DNA of 63,599 bases, the filler included, from Octopus bimaculoides (Eukaryota): NCBI RefSeq assembly GCF_001194135.2. It is 6 parts of 6 records of this genome, joined end to end, with 100 filler letters (N's around TTAATTAATTAA, not from the genome) between each part and the next. Parts side by side here need not be neighbours in the genome. Positions count along the whole stretch, not along the records: positions 1 to 5,202 come from NC_068990.1; positions 5,303 to 34,540 come from NC_068989.1; 4 more parts are not named here. One strand, given 5' to 3'. The position numbers were made by a program, and so were the translations under genes. The notes below the pieces were generated by a model. That model was given only the letters and a program-made list of their open reading frames with translations, was not told where the DNA came from and ran no database searches. Positions 1 through 11,802 of the stretch are shown one piece after another; positions within the stretch are counted from its first letter, which is position 1; every line of letters begins with the position of its first letter.

Positions 1-68
1 AATATATCAACACTATTCCAATCGAAGTTCTAATATTATGTTGAAATGAAACTATAACTTCTAAATAA

Positions 69-337
69 TTTAGTGTTAAATAAGTTATCTATTAAAATAA
101 TCTATAAAGAACCAAATGAATAGTATAAAAACAAGAATACATATTATTTTCAAATAGTAGAAAATCTTTAGCAAAGTGAAAACAGTACTTATCCAAATTT
201 TTCCGTAATTACGGAAAAATTTGGATAAGTACTATTTGAAAATAAGTACTATTTGAAAATAATATGTATTCTTGTTTTTATACTATTCATTTGGTTCTTT
301 ATAGATTATTTTAATAGATAACTTATTTAACACTAAA
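69..337. repeat. 91-bp inverted repeat (69-159 / 247-337) enclosing a perfect 50-bp palindrome (184-233)
   Basis: Arms checked as reverse complements; palindrome centred 208/209 (agtacttatccaaatttttccgtaa|ttacggaaaaatttggataagtact); short tandem duplication ataagtactatttgaaa next to it. Confidence 0.95.
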
Positions 338-1071
338 ATGTCCCCGTAACTTAGCGGTTCAGCAATAAAGATCGATAAAATGTCCCCGTAACTTAGCGGT
401 TCGGCAATAAAGATCGATAAAATGTCCCCGTAACTTAGCGGTCCGGAAATACATACCGATAAAATGACTCCGTAACTTAGCGGTTCGGCATTAAAGATCG
501 AACAATGTTCCCGTAACTTAGCGGTTCGGCAATAACGATCGATAAAATGTCCATGTAACTTAGAGGTTCGGCAATAACGATCGATAGAATGTCCCCTTAA
601 CTTATCGGTTCGGCAATAAAGATCGATAAAATGTCCCCGTAACTTAACGGTTCGGCAATAACGATCGATATAATGTTCCCGTAACTTAGCGGTTCGGCAA
701 TAATGATAGATAACATGTCCCCGTAACTTAGCGAACTTAGCTGTTCGGAAATAAAGATCGATAAAATATGCCCGTAACTTAGCGGATCGGCAATGGAGAT
801 CGATAAAATGTTCCCGTAACTTAGCGGTTCGGCAATAATAATCGATAAAATGTCCCCGCAAATTAGCAGTTCGGCAATGGAGATCGATAAAATGTCCCCG
901 TAACTTAGCGGTTCGGCAATAAAGATCGATAAACTGTCTCTATAACTAAACGGTACGGCAATAAAGATCGATAAAAGGTCCCCTTAACTTAGCGGTTTGG
1001 CAATAAGTATCGATAAAATGTCCCCGTAACTTAGCGGTTCGGCAATAAAGATCGATTAAATGTCACCGTAA
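335..1071 (+). repeat. Tandem satellite, 42-bp unit, about 17 copies
   Basis: Unit aaaatgtccccgtaacttagcggttcggcaataaagatcgat; 14-aa periodicity in ORF 283-861. Confidence 0.97.
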
Positions 1072-1072
1072 G

Positions 1073-1102
1073 TAACCCTAACCCTAACACTAACCCTAAC
1101 CC
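1073..1102 (-). repeat. Telomere-type (TTAGGG)n tract, slightly degenerate, running into an N gap
   Basis: taaccctaaccctaacactaaccctaaccctagacctaaccctaacccta on + strand. Confidence 0.8.
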
Positions 1103-1222
1103 TAGACCTAACCCTAACCCTANNNNNNNNNNNNNNNNNNNNNNNNNNNNNNNNNNNNNNNNNNNNNNNNNNNNNNNNNNNNNNNNNNNNNNNNNNNNNN
1201 NNNNNNNNNNNNNNNNNNNNNN

Positions 1223-2950
1223 TGCAGAAACAATACTGCTCTGTCTTTAGTGATCCCACTGATATCGACGTATGAGAAGCGAAGTTGATTCCCAACATTA
1301 AATCTTGGACATAACCTTCACTGCTTCAGACATCATAGCAGCCATAAATTAGGTCAAATACTATTCTGCTTTAGGCCCTGATAGATTCCCCCCTAGTCTC
1401 CTTAAGGAATGTAGACACCAACTTGCAGTCTATCTGACCAACCTCTGGAGAAATTCTCTAGACTCAGGTTATATACCGAAACAGCAGGGAAACAGATCCC
1501 TCGCAGTCAACTATTGCCCAATCTCTCACCTCCCACATCATTAAAGTGTTTGAAAGAGTGGTAAGATCAATGAGAGCTAGCTTCCTGGAGATCCACAAAC
1601 TCCTAAATGCAAATCAGCATGGCTTTCGCTGTGGCAGGGACTGTCTAACACAGCTCTTACACCACATTGAGGATATACTTAAAGCNNNNNNNNNNGCAGG
1701 GACTGTCTAACACAGCTCTTACACCACATTGAGGATATACTTAAAGCCTTGGGAACAGGTTCGAACTCTGATGTCATATATCTTGACTTCAGTAAAGCGT
1801 TGACCATAATATCTTACTCTCAAAATTGGATAATGTTGGAATCTGTGGAAAACTTCTACACTGGATTGAGTATTTCCTGGTGAATAGAACACATGTTGTG
1901 GTCGATGGAGTCCACTCATGCCCAGCAAAAGTCACCAGTGGTGTCCCTTAAGGGACTGTCTTGGGCCCTCTCCTCTTTATAATCTACATAAACGACCTTT
2001 CCAGCGTCGTAAATCACCGCAAAGTGAAAATATTTGCTTATGACAGCAAATCATCAATGAAGAACAAGACCGAACTCAACTCCAGTCTGATCTATATGCG
2101 GTGAGTCAATGGGCAGGCAAAAACAAAATGCAACTGAACGAGGGAAAATTTGAGCTGATGCATTTCGGAAGAAAGACTATACGCAAATAGCCATACTCTC
2201 TTCTTTCAGGGGAACCGCTCACGGCATCCAATCAAATCAGAGATCTGGGTGTAATTGTTGATAACAATCTCAGTTGGAGTGCCCACATCAACAATAAGGT
2301 TAATGTAGCTCGTAGGATGAGCTCCTGGATCTTAAGAATCTTCCGGTCCAGAGAACAAGGTGTCATCATTCCACTTTTCTCCTCCTTTGTATGGCCACAC
2401 CTCTAATACTGCTGCTCCCTGTGGTCTCCCCTTACAAAACAAAACATCTCGAAAATTGAACCACCCCAGAGGGCACTCCTTAAGCGAATTAAGGGCATGA
2501 CTGATCTCGATTACTGGGACCGCCTTAAAGGCTTGAAACTCTACTCTCTCCAGTGCCTTCGCGAGCGGTACATCATTTGCACCATGTGGAGAATATACCG
2601 CCAGCATTGCCCAAACGACCTGGACATTAGCTTCAAGGTTCATCCAAGGCTGGGACCGCGGGCCATACGTCCACTGCCCAATTCAGGATCACAACATATA
2701 GGTACACTGCGACACAATTTCTTTTCCTCAACAGGCTCTGCCCTATTTAACATTGCCCCAAAACTGATCAAAGAGGAAAAGGACCCCATCACCTTTAAAC
2801 GGAGTCTGGACAAATTTCTTCGACGAATACCAGATAAGCCACCCATACCTGGATACAACTCGCTCAACAAGAACTCACTACTTGAATAGACCATAATATC
2901 ACAAAACTTGATTTAAAAAAGATTTAGATAATCCTATCAGGTGGTGCTAT
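1223..2950 (+). mobile_element. CR1-group non-LTR retrotransposon, decayed RT and 3' end
   Basis: Translates to NYCPISLTSHIIKVFERV, NQHGFRCGRDCLTQLL, GVP*GTVLGPLLFIIYINDL, RDLGVIVDNNLSW, LQCLRERYIICTMWRI; stops and frameshifts present. Confidence 0.9.
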
Positions 2951-2981
2951 TAAGTTATATATATATGTAGGNNNNNNNNNN

Positions 2982-3056
2982 AAGAAGAAGAAGAAGAAGA
3001 AGAAGAAGAAGAAGAAGAAGAAGAAGAAGAAGAAGAAGAAGAAGAAGAAGAAGAAA
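2982..3056 (+). repeat. (GAA)n microsatellite
   Basis: Direct reading. Confidence 0.98.
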
Positions 3057-3409
3057 GAAAGGAAAATAAAACAATAATAAAAATAAGACATGTACCAAAA
3101 TGTTTCTTTCATATAGGATCCTTTGTAATTAGAACTACTGGTTTTAATGATCACCAACGTGGAGGGTAAAAAGACAGGAGAGCGCTTTCAATCCGATTTA
3201 ATCTGAGCCTTGATTAGTCGAACGAGTATTCTGACATTATCTGTGACACTGAGTAGTAGTAATAATTCTTTTGTAATTATATCCATCTTATCTTTGTTTT
3301 TGTTTTTTCCATTGCACTCATACGATTTTCTTTAACCCTTTCAATAAAGCTACTTTACAGAAAGTATAATGGCTGACAGAAGTTATAAATAAGTGATTGG
3401 GATTGTCAT

Positions 3410-3556
3410 AGAGAGCGTGGCAGCGTGGAAAGAAGCTTGCTTCTCAACCAGCATGTGTGATACCTTGTGTCTTGTGTCCAGTATCTTCCACTACAGCCCC
3501 GTGACCGACTAAAATCTGGGGAGTGGATTTTATATAAAGAAAACTGAAACAAGTCC

Positions 3557-3588
<32 letters not shown>

Positions 3589-4472
3589 NNNNNNNNNNNN
3601 NNNNNNNNNNNNNNNNNNNNNNNNNNNNNNNNNNNNNNNNNNNNNNNNNNNNNNNNNNNNNNNNNNNNNNNNNNNNNNNNNNNNNNNNNNNNNNNNNNNN
3701 NNNNNNNNNNNNNNNNNNNNNNNNNNNNNNNNNNNNNNNNNNNNNNNNNNNNNNNNNNNNNNNNNNNNNNNNNNNNNNNNNNNNNNNNNNNNNNNNNNNN
3801 NNNNNNNNNNNNNNNNNNNNNNNNNNNNNNNNNNNNNNNNNNNNNNNNNNNNNNNNNNNNNNNNNNNNNNNNNNNNNNNNNNNNNNNNNNNNNNNNNNNN
3901 NNNNNNNNNNNNNNNNNNNNNNNNNNNNNNNNNNNNNNNNNNNNNNNNNNNNNNNNNNNNNNNNNNNNNNNNNNNNNNNNNNNNNNNNNNNNNNNNNNNN
4001 NNNNNNNNNNNNNNNNNNNNNNNNNNNNNNNNNNNNNNNNNNNNNNNNNNNNNNNNNNNNNNNNNNNNNNNNNNNNNNNNNNNNNNNNNNNNNNNNNNNN
4101 NNNNNNNNNNNNNNNNNNNNNNNNNNNNNNNNNNNNNNNNNNNNNNNNNNNNNNNNNNNNNNNNNNNNNNNNNNNNNNNNNNNNNNNNNNNNNNNNNNNN
4201 NNNNNNNNNNNNNNNNNNNNNNNNNNNNNNNNNNNNNNNNNNNNNNNNNNNNNNNNNNNNNNNNNNNNNNNNNNNNNNNNNNNNNNNNNNNNNNNNNNNN
4301 NNNNNNNNNNNNNNNNNNNNNNNNNNNNNNNNNNNNNNNNNNNNNNNNNNNNNNNNNNNNNNNNNNNNNNNNNNNNNNNNNNNNNNNNNNNNNNNNNNNN
4401 NNNNNNNNNNNNNNNNNNNNNNNNNNNNNNNNNNNNNNNNNNNNNNNNNNNNNNNNNNNNNNNNNNNNNNNN

Positions 4473-4533
<61 letters not shown>

Positions 4534-4725
4534 ATATATCAGTATGCATGTGTTTATGCCCCATCATCGGCGTTGGTTTGTTTACGTCCCCGTAACTTAG
4601 CGTTTCGGCCCCAAACCATTAGAATAAGTACTAGGCTTAAAAAAAATTCTGGGGTTAAACTGCTCAAGATGGTGCCCCAGTATACATACCCACAAATCAT
4701 TGACTGAAACAAGTAAGAGATAAAA
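3410..4725 (+). mobile_element. SINE family A (tRNA-like head, internal microsatellite, ccccgtaacttagcggttcggc body), spanning an N gap
   Basis: Degenerate head at 3410-3560 and body at 4550-4725 resemble better copies at 6710-7088 and 10637-11580. Confidence 0.6.
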
Positions 4726-4850
4726 AAAAGTACCTAAAAGGATTAGAGAACTAAGTATTACCAATATTATCATCATCTGCAACTTCCAACTAGTGGGGCA
4801 TGGATGGCTCTTCCAAGATCTTTGAGGATTTATAAATAATGTCAGTAGGG

Positions 4851-5202
4851 AAGGCAGCGAGCTGGCAGAAACGTTAGCGCGTCGGGCGAAATGCTTAGCG
4901 GTGTTTCGTCTGCCACTGCGTTCTGAGTTCAAATTCCGCCGAGGTCAACCTTGTTTTTCATCTTTTCGGGGTCGATAAATTAAGTACCAGCTACGCACTG
5001 GAGTCGATGTAATCGACTTAATCCCTTTCCCTGTCTTTGTTTGTCCCCTCTATGTTTGGCTCCTTGTAGCCAATAAAGAAATAAGAAACATATATGTGAG
5101 CACGCCGGACGAAATGCTTAGCGGTATTTCGTCTGTCTCTATGTTCTGAGTTCAAATTCCGCCGAGGTCAACCTTGTTTTTCATCTTTTCGGGGTCGATA
5201 AA
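4851..5202 (+). mobile_element. Two tandem SINE family B copies (4851-5089, 5100-5202)
   Basis: aaggcagcgagctggcagaaacgttagc...gagttcaaattccgccgaggtc...tttcggggtcgataaat, a motif repeated many times in the window. Confidence 0.85.
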
Positions 5203-5302
5203 NNNNNNNNNNNNNNNNNNNNNNNNNNNNNNNNNNNNNNNNNNNNTTAATTAATTAANNNNNNNNNNNNNNNNNNNNNNNNNNNNNNNNNNNNNNNNNN
5301 NN
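5203..5302. other. Artificial 100-bp scaffold spacer (44 N + TTAATTAATTAA + 44 N)
   Basis: Identical structure at five sites; 12-mer gives stops in all six frames. Confidence 0.95.
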
Positions 5303-5359
5303 TATATATACTAATAATAATAACAATAATAAAAAAATTTTCCATAGGCATGAGGACTA

Positions 5360-5520
5360 TACTCTCTGAGTGGTTGGCGTTAGGAAGGGCATCCAGCTGT
5401 AGAAACTCTGCCAAATCAGATTGGAGCCTGGTGTAGCCATCTGGTTCCACCAGTCCTCAGTCGAATCGTCCAAACCATGCTAGCATGGAAAGCAGACGTT
5501 AAACGATGATGATGATGATG
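5360..5520 (+). mobile_element. RTE-type LINE/SINE 3' tail ending in (GAT)n
   Basis: ttggcgttaggaagggcatccagctgtagaaac...catgctagcatggaaagcagacgttaaacgatgatgatg; further copies at 9914, 15545, 29650. Confidence 0.8.
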
Positions 5521-6059
5521 ATATATATACACACACACATGCATACACATATACATACTTACATACACATATATAGATATATATATGCATACATACACCC
5601 ATACAAACACATAAATATAAAAAACATGCATATTTATGTCCACATACACGTATAAATATACATATACGTTCACACACACATATACGGTCACATACCTTCA
5701 TACATATATTTATATATAGATCTATATGTTTATTTGTGCATACATATACTCACATGGTTCTACCCATATGCACACCCCTATATTCATGTACAGGTAGCTT
5801 ACACATTCATACATGGATATATATGTACAAATACACAATCATACATGGATATATGTGTCAAGTATTTATAAATGTTACCAGGAGTGTATGTTCAAATGTT
5901 GGTAGGTGGTTCTGAATGATAAGTAAAGGTAGCTGCTTAATTGAGGTAATAGGTGTAATACATGTAGATATTAATATTGTTGGTGGTATAGTTAAGTAAG
6001 AATTGGTATGGGGAGGTAATTTATATTAGTGGAGCTAATGAGTTAAAGAGATTATACAA

Positions 6060-8110
6060 ATATTTCAATGAGAGTGATAATAGATCAATTACTTAAATTT
6101 AGAAAAACATATTTTCCTGCATGAACACAAGAAATATTTTTCTCATTTCTCGAGCTAAATAGGGTATTTCTGGAGGAAGGAAGCTTCTGTGATACAAAGA
6201 TGACATTTTTTGTTGTTGACTTTATAAGCCAGTGCAAAAGCAATAATATCCCATTTAATTTCAAATTCGATATCATTATCTTTTAATTCCCATATAATTT
6301 TACTTAACCCAGTGGAATTGGTTTTCTATTTATTTTTAAAAGTTTGGAGATTATTAGCCATTCAAATCTTAACCTTATTCTCAGTCGAGCCGATATAAAA
6401 ATATTTTTTGCCCTGAGCTATAACAGTGCATTGATATACTATATATTTTCTTTTATGAATTCTTAAATTTACTATTAGTTTTAACTCTACAGTCACAATT
6501 TTCATAAATATTGTATTGTGTGAATCTATTAGAAGAATTGGTATTAATATGGGTTATTATGGTGTTATTATTGGGGTTAGTGGGGTATGGGAGATATAGT
6601 TTAAGTTTAGGGGAATTAGTAGAATTATTGTTATGGGCATTTCTATTGGTGTGAGATTTATTTAATTTTCTTTTGTTAATTGATGATATAAGTTTTATGA
6701 TTTCATTATATCTGTGTGGTTGCTTACGAACCACCTTGTTCCAGGTTCAGTCCCACTGCGTGGCACCTTAGGCAAGTGTCTTCTACTATAGCCTCGGGCT
6801 GACCAAAGCCTTGTGATTGGATTTGGTAGACGGAAACTGAAAGAAGCCCGTCGTATATATGTATATGTATGGGTGTGCATATACATGTGTGTCTGTGTTT
6901 GTCCCTCCCAACATCGCTTGACAACCAATGCTGGTGTGTTTACATCCCCGTAACCTAGCGGTTCGGCAAAAGAAACCGATAGAATAAGTACTAGGCATAC
7001 AAAGAATAAGTCCCGGGGTCGATTTGCTCGACTAAAGACGGTGCTCCAGCATGGCCACAGTCAAATGACTGAAACAAGTAAAAGAGTAAATATCTATTAT
7101 CAATGTTAAAGTATTTATGAATAGCTTTAAATATAGATTTAACAATGTTATTTTTAATTTGTTTTGCATAGAGAATAATTAACCAAATTTTATTAGATTT
7201 TTCAGGGTGATTATTATTTATAGGTATGTTTTAATCCCTTTTAGATTTTTTAAAGTTAATGAGGTGAGTATGTAGTTTAATATTATTATTATTCAGAGCA
7301 TTATGTGAATTAGCAGTGGTGCTGGTATTGGAGGTGATTAATTGATTATTCATATCAATGCTTATTAATTATGTTTTTATCATTGTGGAGATCATTATAA
7401 TTGTAAGTTGGTTGTTTTTTTAAATTTATCTTTGGTTTATGAGATAATTTAATATTGGTTTTTCTAATATTATGTTTGCTAGTATTAGGTTGATTTGAAA
7501 TGATCTTGGGTTTGTTATCATTATCAACTCCTTGTTTATATGGAGTTGGGTTATTAGTTATATGCTTATTTTTAATTGTATTACTAGTTATGGTGGGATT
7601 ATAAAATTTATCAGTTGTATTTGTAATTAGTTGTGTTGTATATATTAATGTTGTTAATTTGATGGTATTTTATTTTATCCCTACATCCAGTATTTGCTAG
7701 AGCTGTGTTGTAGTGGTCCGCATGTCTATTAAATATTTCCTCGTTAGAAGATAAATCGGTTAGTCTCTTACCAATGTTAGAGGTTAATGTGTTTTTAATT
7801 GGTCTTGGATGGTTACTTTGGAAGTTGATATAGCTTGAATTAGAATTAGGTTTTCTGAAAGGTTCATGCAATCTGGTTGTTAAATTGAAGTTAACATCTA
7901 AGAAGTTAATTGAATTATTATCCCTCTCAATAGAGATAGAAAGACCATGCCTTTTGAAAAATTTCTAAAATCACTTTTATGTAGTTCTAATTTTCTATTG
8001 GATGCATTTTTTATGATGAAAAGTGCTTTGCCTCTATACAATCCTTCCCTGATTTCAGGAAATTCATCATGCAGGTTGGACAGAAGATAGATTCCAACAA
8101 GGTCAGTCAC
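6060..8110 (-). mobile_element. Penelope-like element: decayed RT C-terminal half plus GIY-YIG endonuclease
   Basis: Minus strand: DLVGIYLLSNL...GLYRGKAL (GLYRDDGL-like), DVNFNL..HEPFRKPN..YINFQSNHP..LSSNEEIF, CDCR, then IVYQCTV...YIGST...STGLSKIIWELKD...KWDII...CHLCITE...RNE...CVH; interrupted by a SINE at 6710-7088. Confidence 0.88.
6710..7088 (+). mobile_element. SINE family A inserted in the Penelope-like element
   Basis: ggttcagtcccactgcgtggcacc B-box region, ccccgtaacctagcggttcggc body, gactgaaacaagtaaaagag end. Confidence 0.88.
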
Positions 8111-9636
8111 TTGGGTGGAGTATGTGGTATGTGTGTATATATGTATGTGCATGTACATGTATGTGGACATGTATATGTATGCATATACGTCTGTGTATGT
8201 ATGAATGTGTGTATATGTATGTATGTGCATATGTATATGTATGTATTCATATATGTGAATATATGTGCGTGTGTGTAGGTGCATTTTTGTAGAGGTATGT
8301 GAACATATGTATGTATGTCTATATATACATCTATGTGTATGTGTGAATATGTATATGTGCATGTATATATACATGTATATGTGTGAATATGTATATATGT
8401 ATATAAATATAGATATACACTCACTCCTCCCCCCTCCATCCATCCATCCATGTTCTGTATCTTCACATCTCCTTATGTCTTCTATTCACTTTACCATGCC
8501 ACCTGTTAGTTGAAAGGAAAGCATCAATTCAGTCTGCACTCAATCCTCCCATATTTCCACCATCTACATTTTTCTCCTTTCTATATCCTTCTGAATTATG
8601 ATGTTTAATCAGGGAATGATTGCATCATATATCTTGGTATCTGGAGCACTCTGCCACTTGCACTCCTGCTCTTTCATCAAATTCTCTTACCACTGACTGT
8701 TCCTTCAGTTACCCACCACTCACTCTCCTTTTACCTGCTAGTTCCCATTTACCATATGCAGCTACTACTTCTCTATTTACATCCTCCCTTTACTATTTAT
8801 TATTCTTTTAGTACTATCTTTTCCTTTTCTGCATCTCTTTCATAGATGACCTCTTTCTTTTCTTCTCACTAGTCCTTCTGTAATTGCTCTTTTCTACCCA
8901 TTCTGATGGTCATGTTATCCTGAATTAATAGACACAAGATAGAGCTGTAAAGATTCTGTGACATGGCAACTTCAGATGTATAGATGTTCTGATAAAGTGC
9001 ATCCAGTACATTTTGTTAAATAGTGGATGAATGGAGATATAGGGTTGAGAGGACCCTTGGGGATGTCTTGAAAAATTGAGAGATTAGCTTACTTTGTTCA
9101 CTGACAATCTTTGATAGTGCTTTGATATCTTTTATGAAAACTGACCCTGATCTACTTTCTATTTTTCTATTTGCAGGTTCTTCTACAACATACCCCTTAA
9201 TTTCTATTCGTTTTGTTGTTGTTCTGTCATAGTTCTTTTCATCCTTGATCTTTTAATAAATAGAATTTGGAAGAAAATAACATGTAAGTGCTTTTTAATT
9301 TCTACATAATTTTTATTTACTTTGTATTTTTATGGCTGATTTTTGTTATTTCCTTTTCCCCTTACTCTTTCTACCTTTTCTTCCCAACTCCACCACACAC
9401 TTTTTGTTCTCTCATATAAGTGTCACTTTTATATGTTTCAATGATTATAACTGTCTCTTTGAATAAATAAATATAAAATATAGGGCATCAAGTAGAGCAG
9501 TAACTCCAATGAAGATGGGCACAGTTTCTGATAACTCATTCAATCTATGCTAGCATGGAAAGTGGATGTAAAGTGATGATAATGATGACTATGAGCTATG
9601 TTTATTTAAAGTTTAAAAAAAAGGGCTTCCCCAAAA

Positions 9637-9800
9637 ATAGTGTGCAAAAGAGAAGGCTGCATTGGTATGGAACAAGGAGACTGAAGAACACTTTGGAAGA
9701 AGCAGTGAAAGCTAACTTGGCAGTGCTGAATCTTTCAGAGGAATTGACAAAACACTATAGTGATTGGAGATATGGTACTGTAGAAAATCTGACCACCTAT
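9637..9800 (+). mobile_element. RTE LINE ORF2 C-terminal fragment
   Basis: SVQKRRLHWYG...EEAVKANL...LTKHYSDWRY matches the end of the RTE copy at 21200-21447. Confidence 0.65.
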
Positions 9801-9913
9801 GATGAAATGTGTTGAAATGATAGTTGTTATAGAGGCTGGGGTTTGTGTATGTATTTATGTATGAGTGCAGGGGTAGATATTGCATGTGTGTGTGTATATG
9901 AGTGTGTTTATAT

Positions 9914-10140
9914 ATCATCATCATCATCATCATCGTCGTTTAACGTCCGCTTTCCATGCTAGCATGGGTTGGACGATTTGACTGAGAACTGGTGAAACCA
10001 GATGGCTACACCAGGCTCCAATCTGATTTGGCAGAGTTTCTACAGCTGGATGCCCTTCCTAACGCCAACCACTCAGAGAGTGTAGTGGGTGCTTTTACGT
10101 GTCACCCGCATGAAGGCCAGTCAGGCGGTACTGGCAATGG
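9914..10140 (-). mobile_element. RTE-type 3' tail with (GAT)n, minus strand
   Basis: Reverse complement of the 5360-5520 motif. Confidence 0.85.
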
Positions 10141-10636
10141 CCATGCTATATATATATATATAAACATACAATATTATAATAAGATATTATAATAATATAT
10201 TAACATATATTATATTGTATTTAATATATCTTAATATATTAATATATTATTATAATATCTTATTGTATGTTACTATACACTTTAACCATTTTGAATTTTA
10301 GTGCTCGCTTTTCAGTGGTATTCTCATGAACGAATAGGAGTAATCATGGAAACCTTTGATGATCATATTGATCAAATTTCAAAATCCCATAATAAGGTTT
10401 TATCAAGCTACTTCATTATGTGAGTTTATCTTGCCAAAGAAAGATGTTGTGGCTTGCTGTTCACAATCCCAAACATTTCATGAGGTTAGTGCTTTTGTGT
10501 GGCTGTTTGAGTTAAATTTTGGCTCTCATTTCTAGCAATTGTAGGTGCTGTTTTACATCTTCATTTATCAATTTTATTGTTTTAGTTTTAATTGCTATAG
10601 CCAATTATATTATAATGTATTTAATATATCTTAAGT

Positions 10637-10798
10637 GCAGGAGTGGCTGTGTGGTAAGTAGCTTGCTTACGAACCACATGGTTCTGGGTTCAGTCCCACT
10701 GCGTGGAACTTTGGGCAAGTGTCTTCTACTATAGCCTCGGGCCGACCAAAGCCTTGTGAGTGGATTTGGTAGACGGAAACTGAAAGAAGCCTGTCATA

Positions 10799-10835
<37 letters not shown>

Positions 10836-11580
10836 NNNNNNNNNNNNNNNNNNNNNNNNNNNNNNNNNNNNNNNNNNNNNNNNNNNNNNNNNNNNNNNNN
10901 NNNNNNNNNNNNNNNNNNNNNNNNNNNNNNNNNNNNNNNNNNNNNNNNNNNNNNNNNNNNNNNNNNNNNNNNNNNNNNNNNNNNNNNNNNNNNNNNNNNN
11001 NNNNNNNNNNNNNNNNNNNNNNNNNNNNNNNNNNNNNNNNNNNNNNNNNNNNNNNGAATGCATGAGAATCATCTTAAACGTAAGACATTATGACCGAGTA
11101 ATCTTCTCTTCAGGGAATGCATGAGAATCATCTTAAACGTAAGACATTATGACCGAGTATACTCGGTCATAATGTCTTACGTTTAAGATGATTCTCATGC
11201 ATTCCCTGAAGAGAAGGTTACAATTTTAACATCACAGATCCCTATGGATCACATAGGTTGTAATCCTTTGAAACATATGTAGGAATAAAGTATGCAATTA
11301 TAACATGCGTTTTCTCCATTCCTTAAATTTTTAAATATATATATATACATATATATAAATGTGTGTGTGTGTGTTCGTGTGTCTGTGTTTGTCCCCCACC
11401 CCAACATCGCTTGACAACCGATGCTGGTGTGTTTACGTCCCCGTAATTAGCGGTTCGGCAAAAGAGACAGATAAAATGAGTACTAGGCTTACAAAGAATA
11501 AGTCCTGGGGTCGATTTGCTCGACTAAAAGGTGGTGCTCCAGCATGGCTGCAGTCAAAATGACTGAAACAAGTAAAAGAG
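10637..11580 (+). mobile_element. SINE family A with gap and extra sequence in its middle
   Basis: A-box tggctgtgtgg and B-box ggttcagtccc in the head; body at 11360-11580. Confidence 0.85.
11103..11216. repeat. Perfect 114-bp palindrome with a partial direct copy of one arm at 11056-11100
   Basis: Centre gagta|tactc at 11159/11160; arms checked. Confidence 0.95.
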
Positions 11581-11712
11581 TATATTAATATATTATTATA
11601 ATATTTTATTTTATGTTACTATACACCTTAACAGTTTTGAATTTTAGTGCTTACTTTTCAATGGTTTTTTTCTCATGAATGAATGGGAGGCAAGCTATTT
11701 CTTTTAACCCAG

Positions 11713-11802
11713 AATAATTGCGGTAACTTCTGATGAGGAACAAGATCACATTGATCAAATTTTGAAGTCACATGATAAGGTTTTATCAAACTACTTTATT
11801 CT
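11713..11802 (+). other. Candidate 90-bp phase-symmetric exon (IIAVTSDEEQDHIDQILKSHDKVLSNYFI)
   Basis: ttttaacccag acceptor, gtgagt donor, only one open frame; no homology recognised. Confidence 0.25.

Noticed and set aside
283-861. 192-aa ORF with 14-aa Cys/His repeats resembling a zinc-finger or repeat protein
   Set aside because: It is the reading frame of the 42-bp SINE-derived satellite; the unit is a multiple of 3 and happens to lack stops on this strand.
335-1071. CRISPR-like regular repeats
   Set aside because: Head-to-tail units with no unique spacers; eukaryotic context; no cas genes.
1634-1745. About 50-bp direct repeat within the CR1 element
   Set aside because: The copies flank a 10-N gap; this is an unmerged contig overlap.
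5247-5258. TTAATTAATTAA as a biological motif (homeodomain or PacI site)
   Set aside because: Always centred in exactly 44+44 Ns; assembly linker.
9090-9283. Possible 107-bp transmembrane-coding exon (9177-9283) and upstream CTGACAA...GAAA hammerhead-like remnant
   Set aside because: Splice sites look good, but the region is T-rich and resembles a decayed repeat terminus, its phase does not join the next candidate, and the ribozyme core and stems are too degenerate to support.
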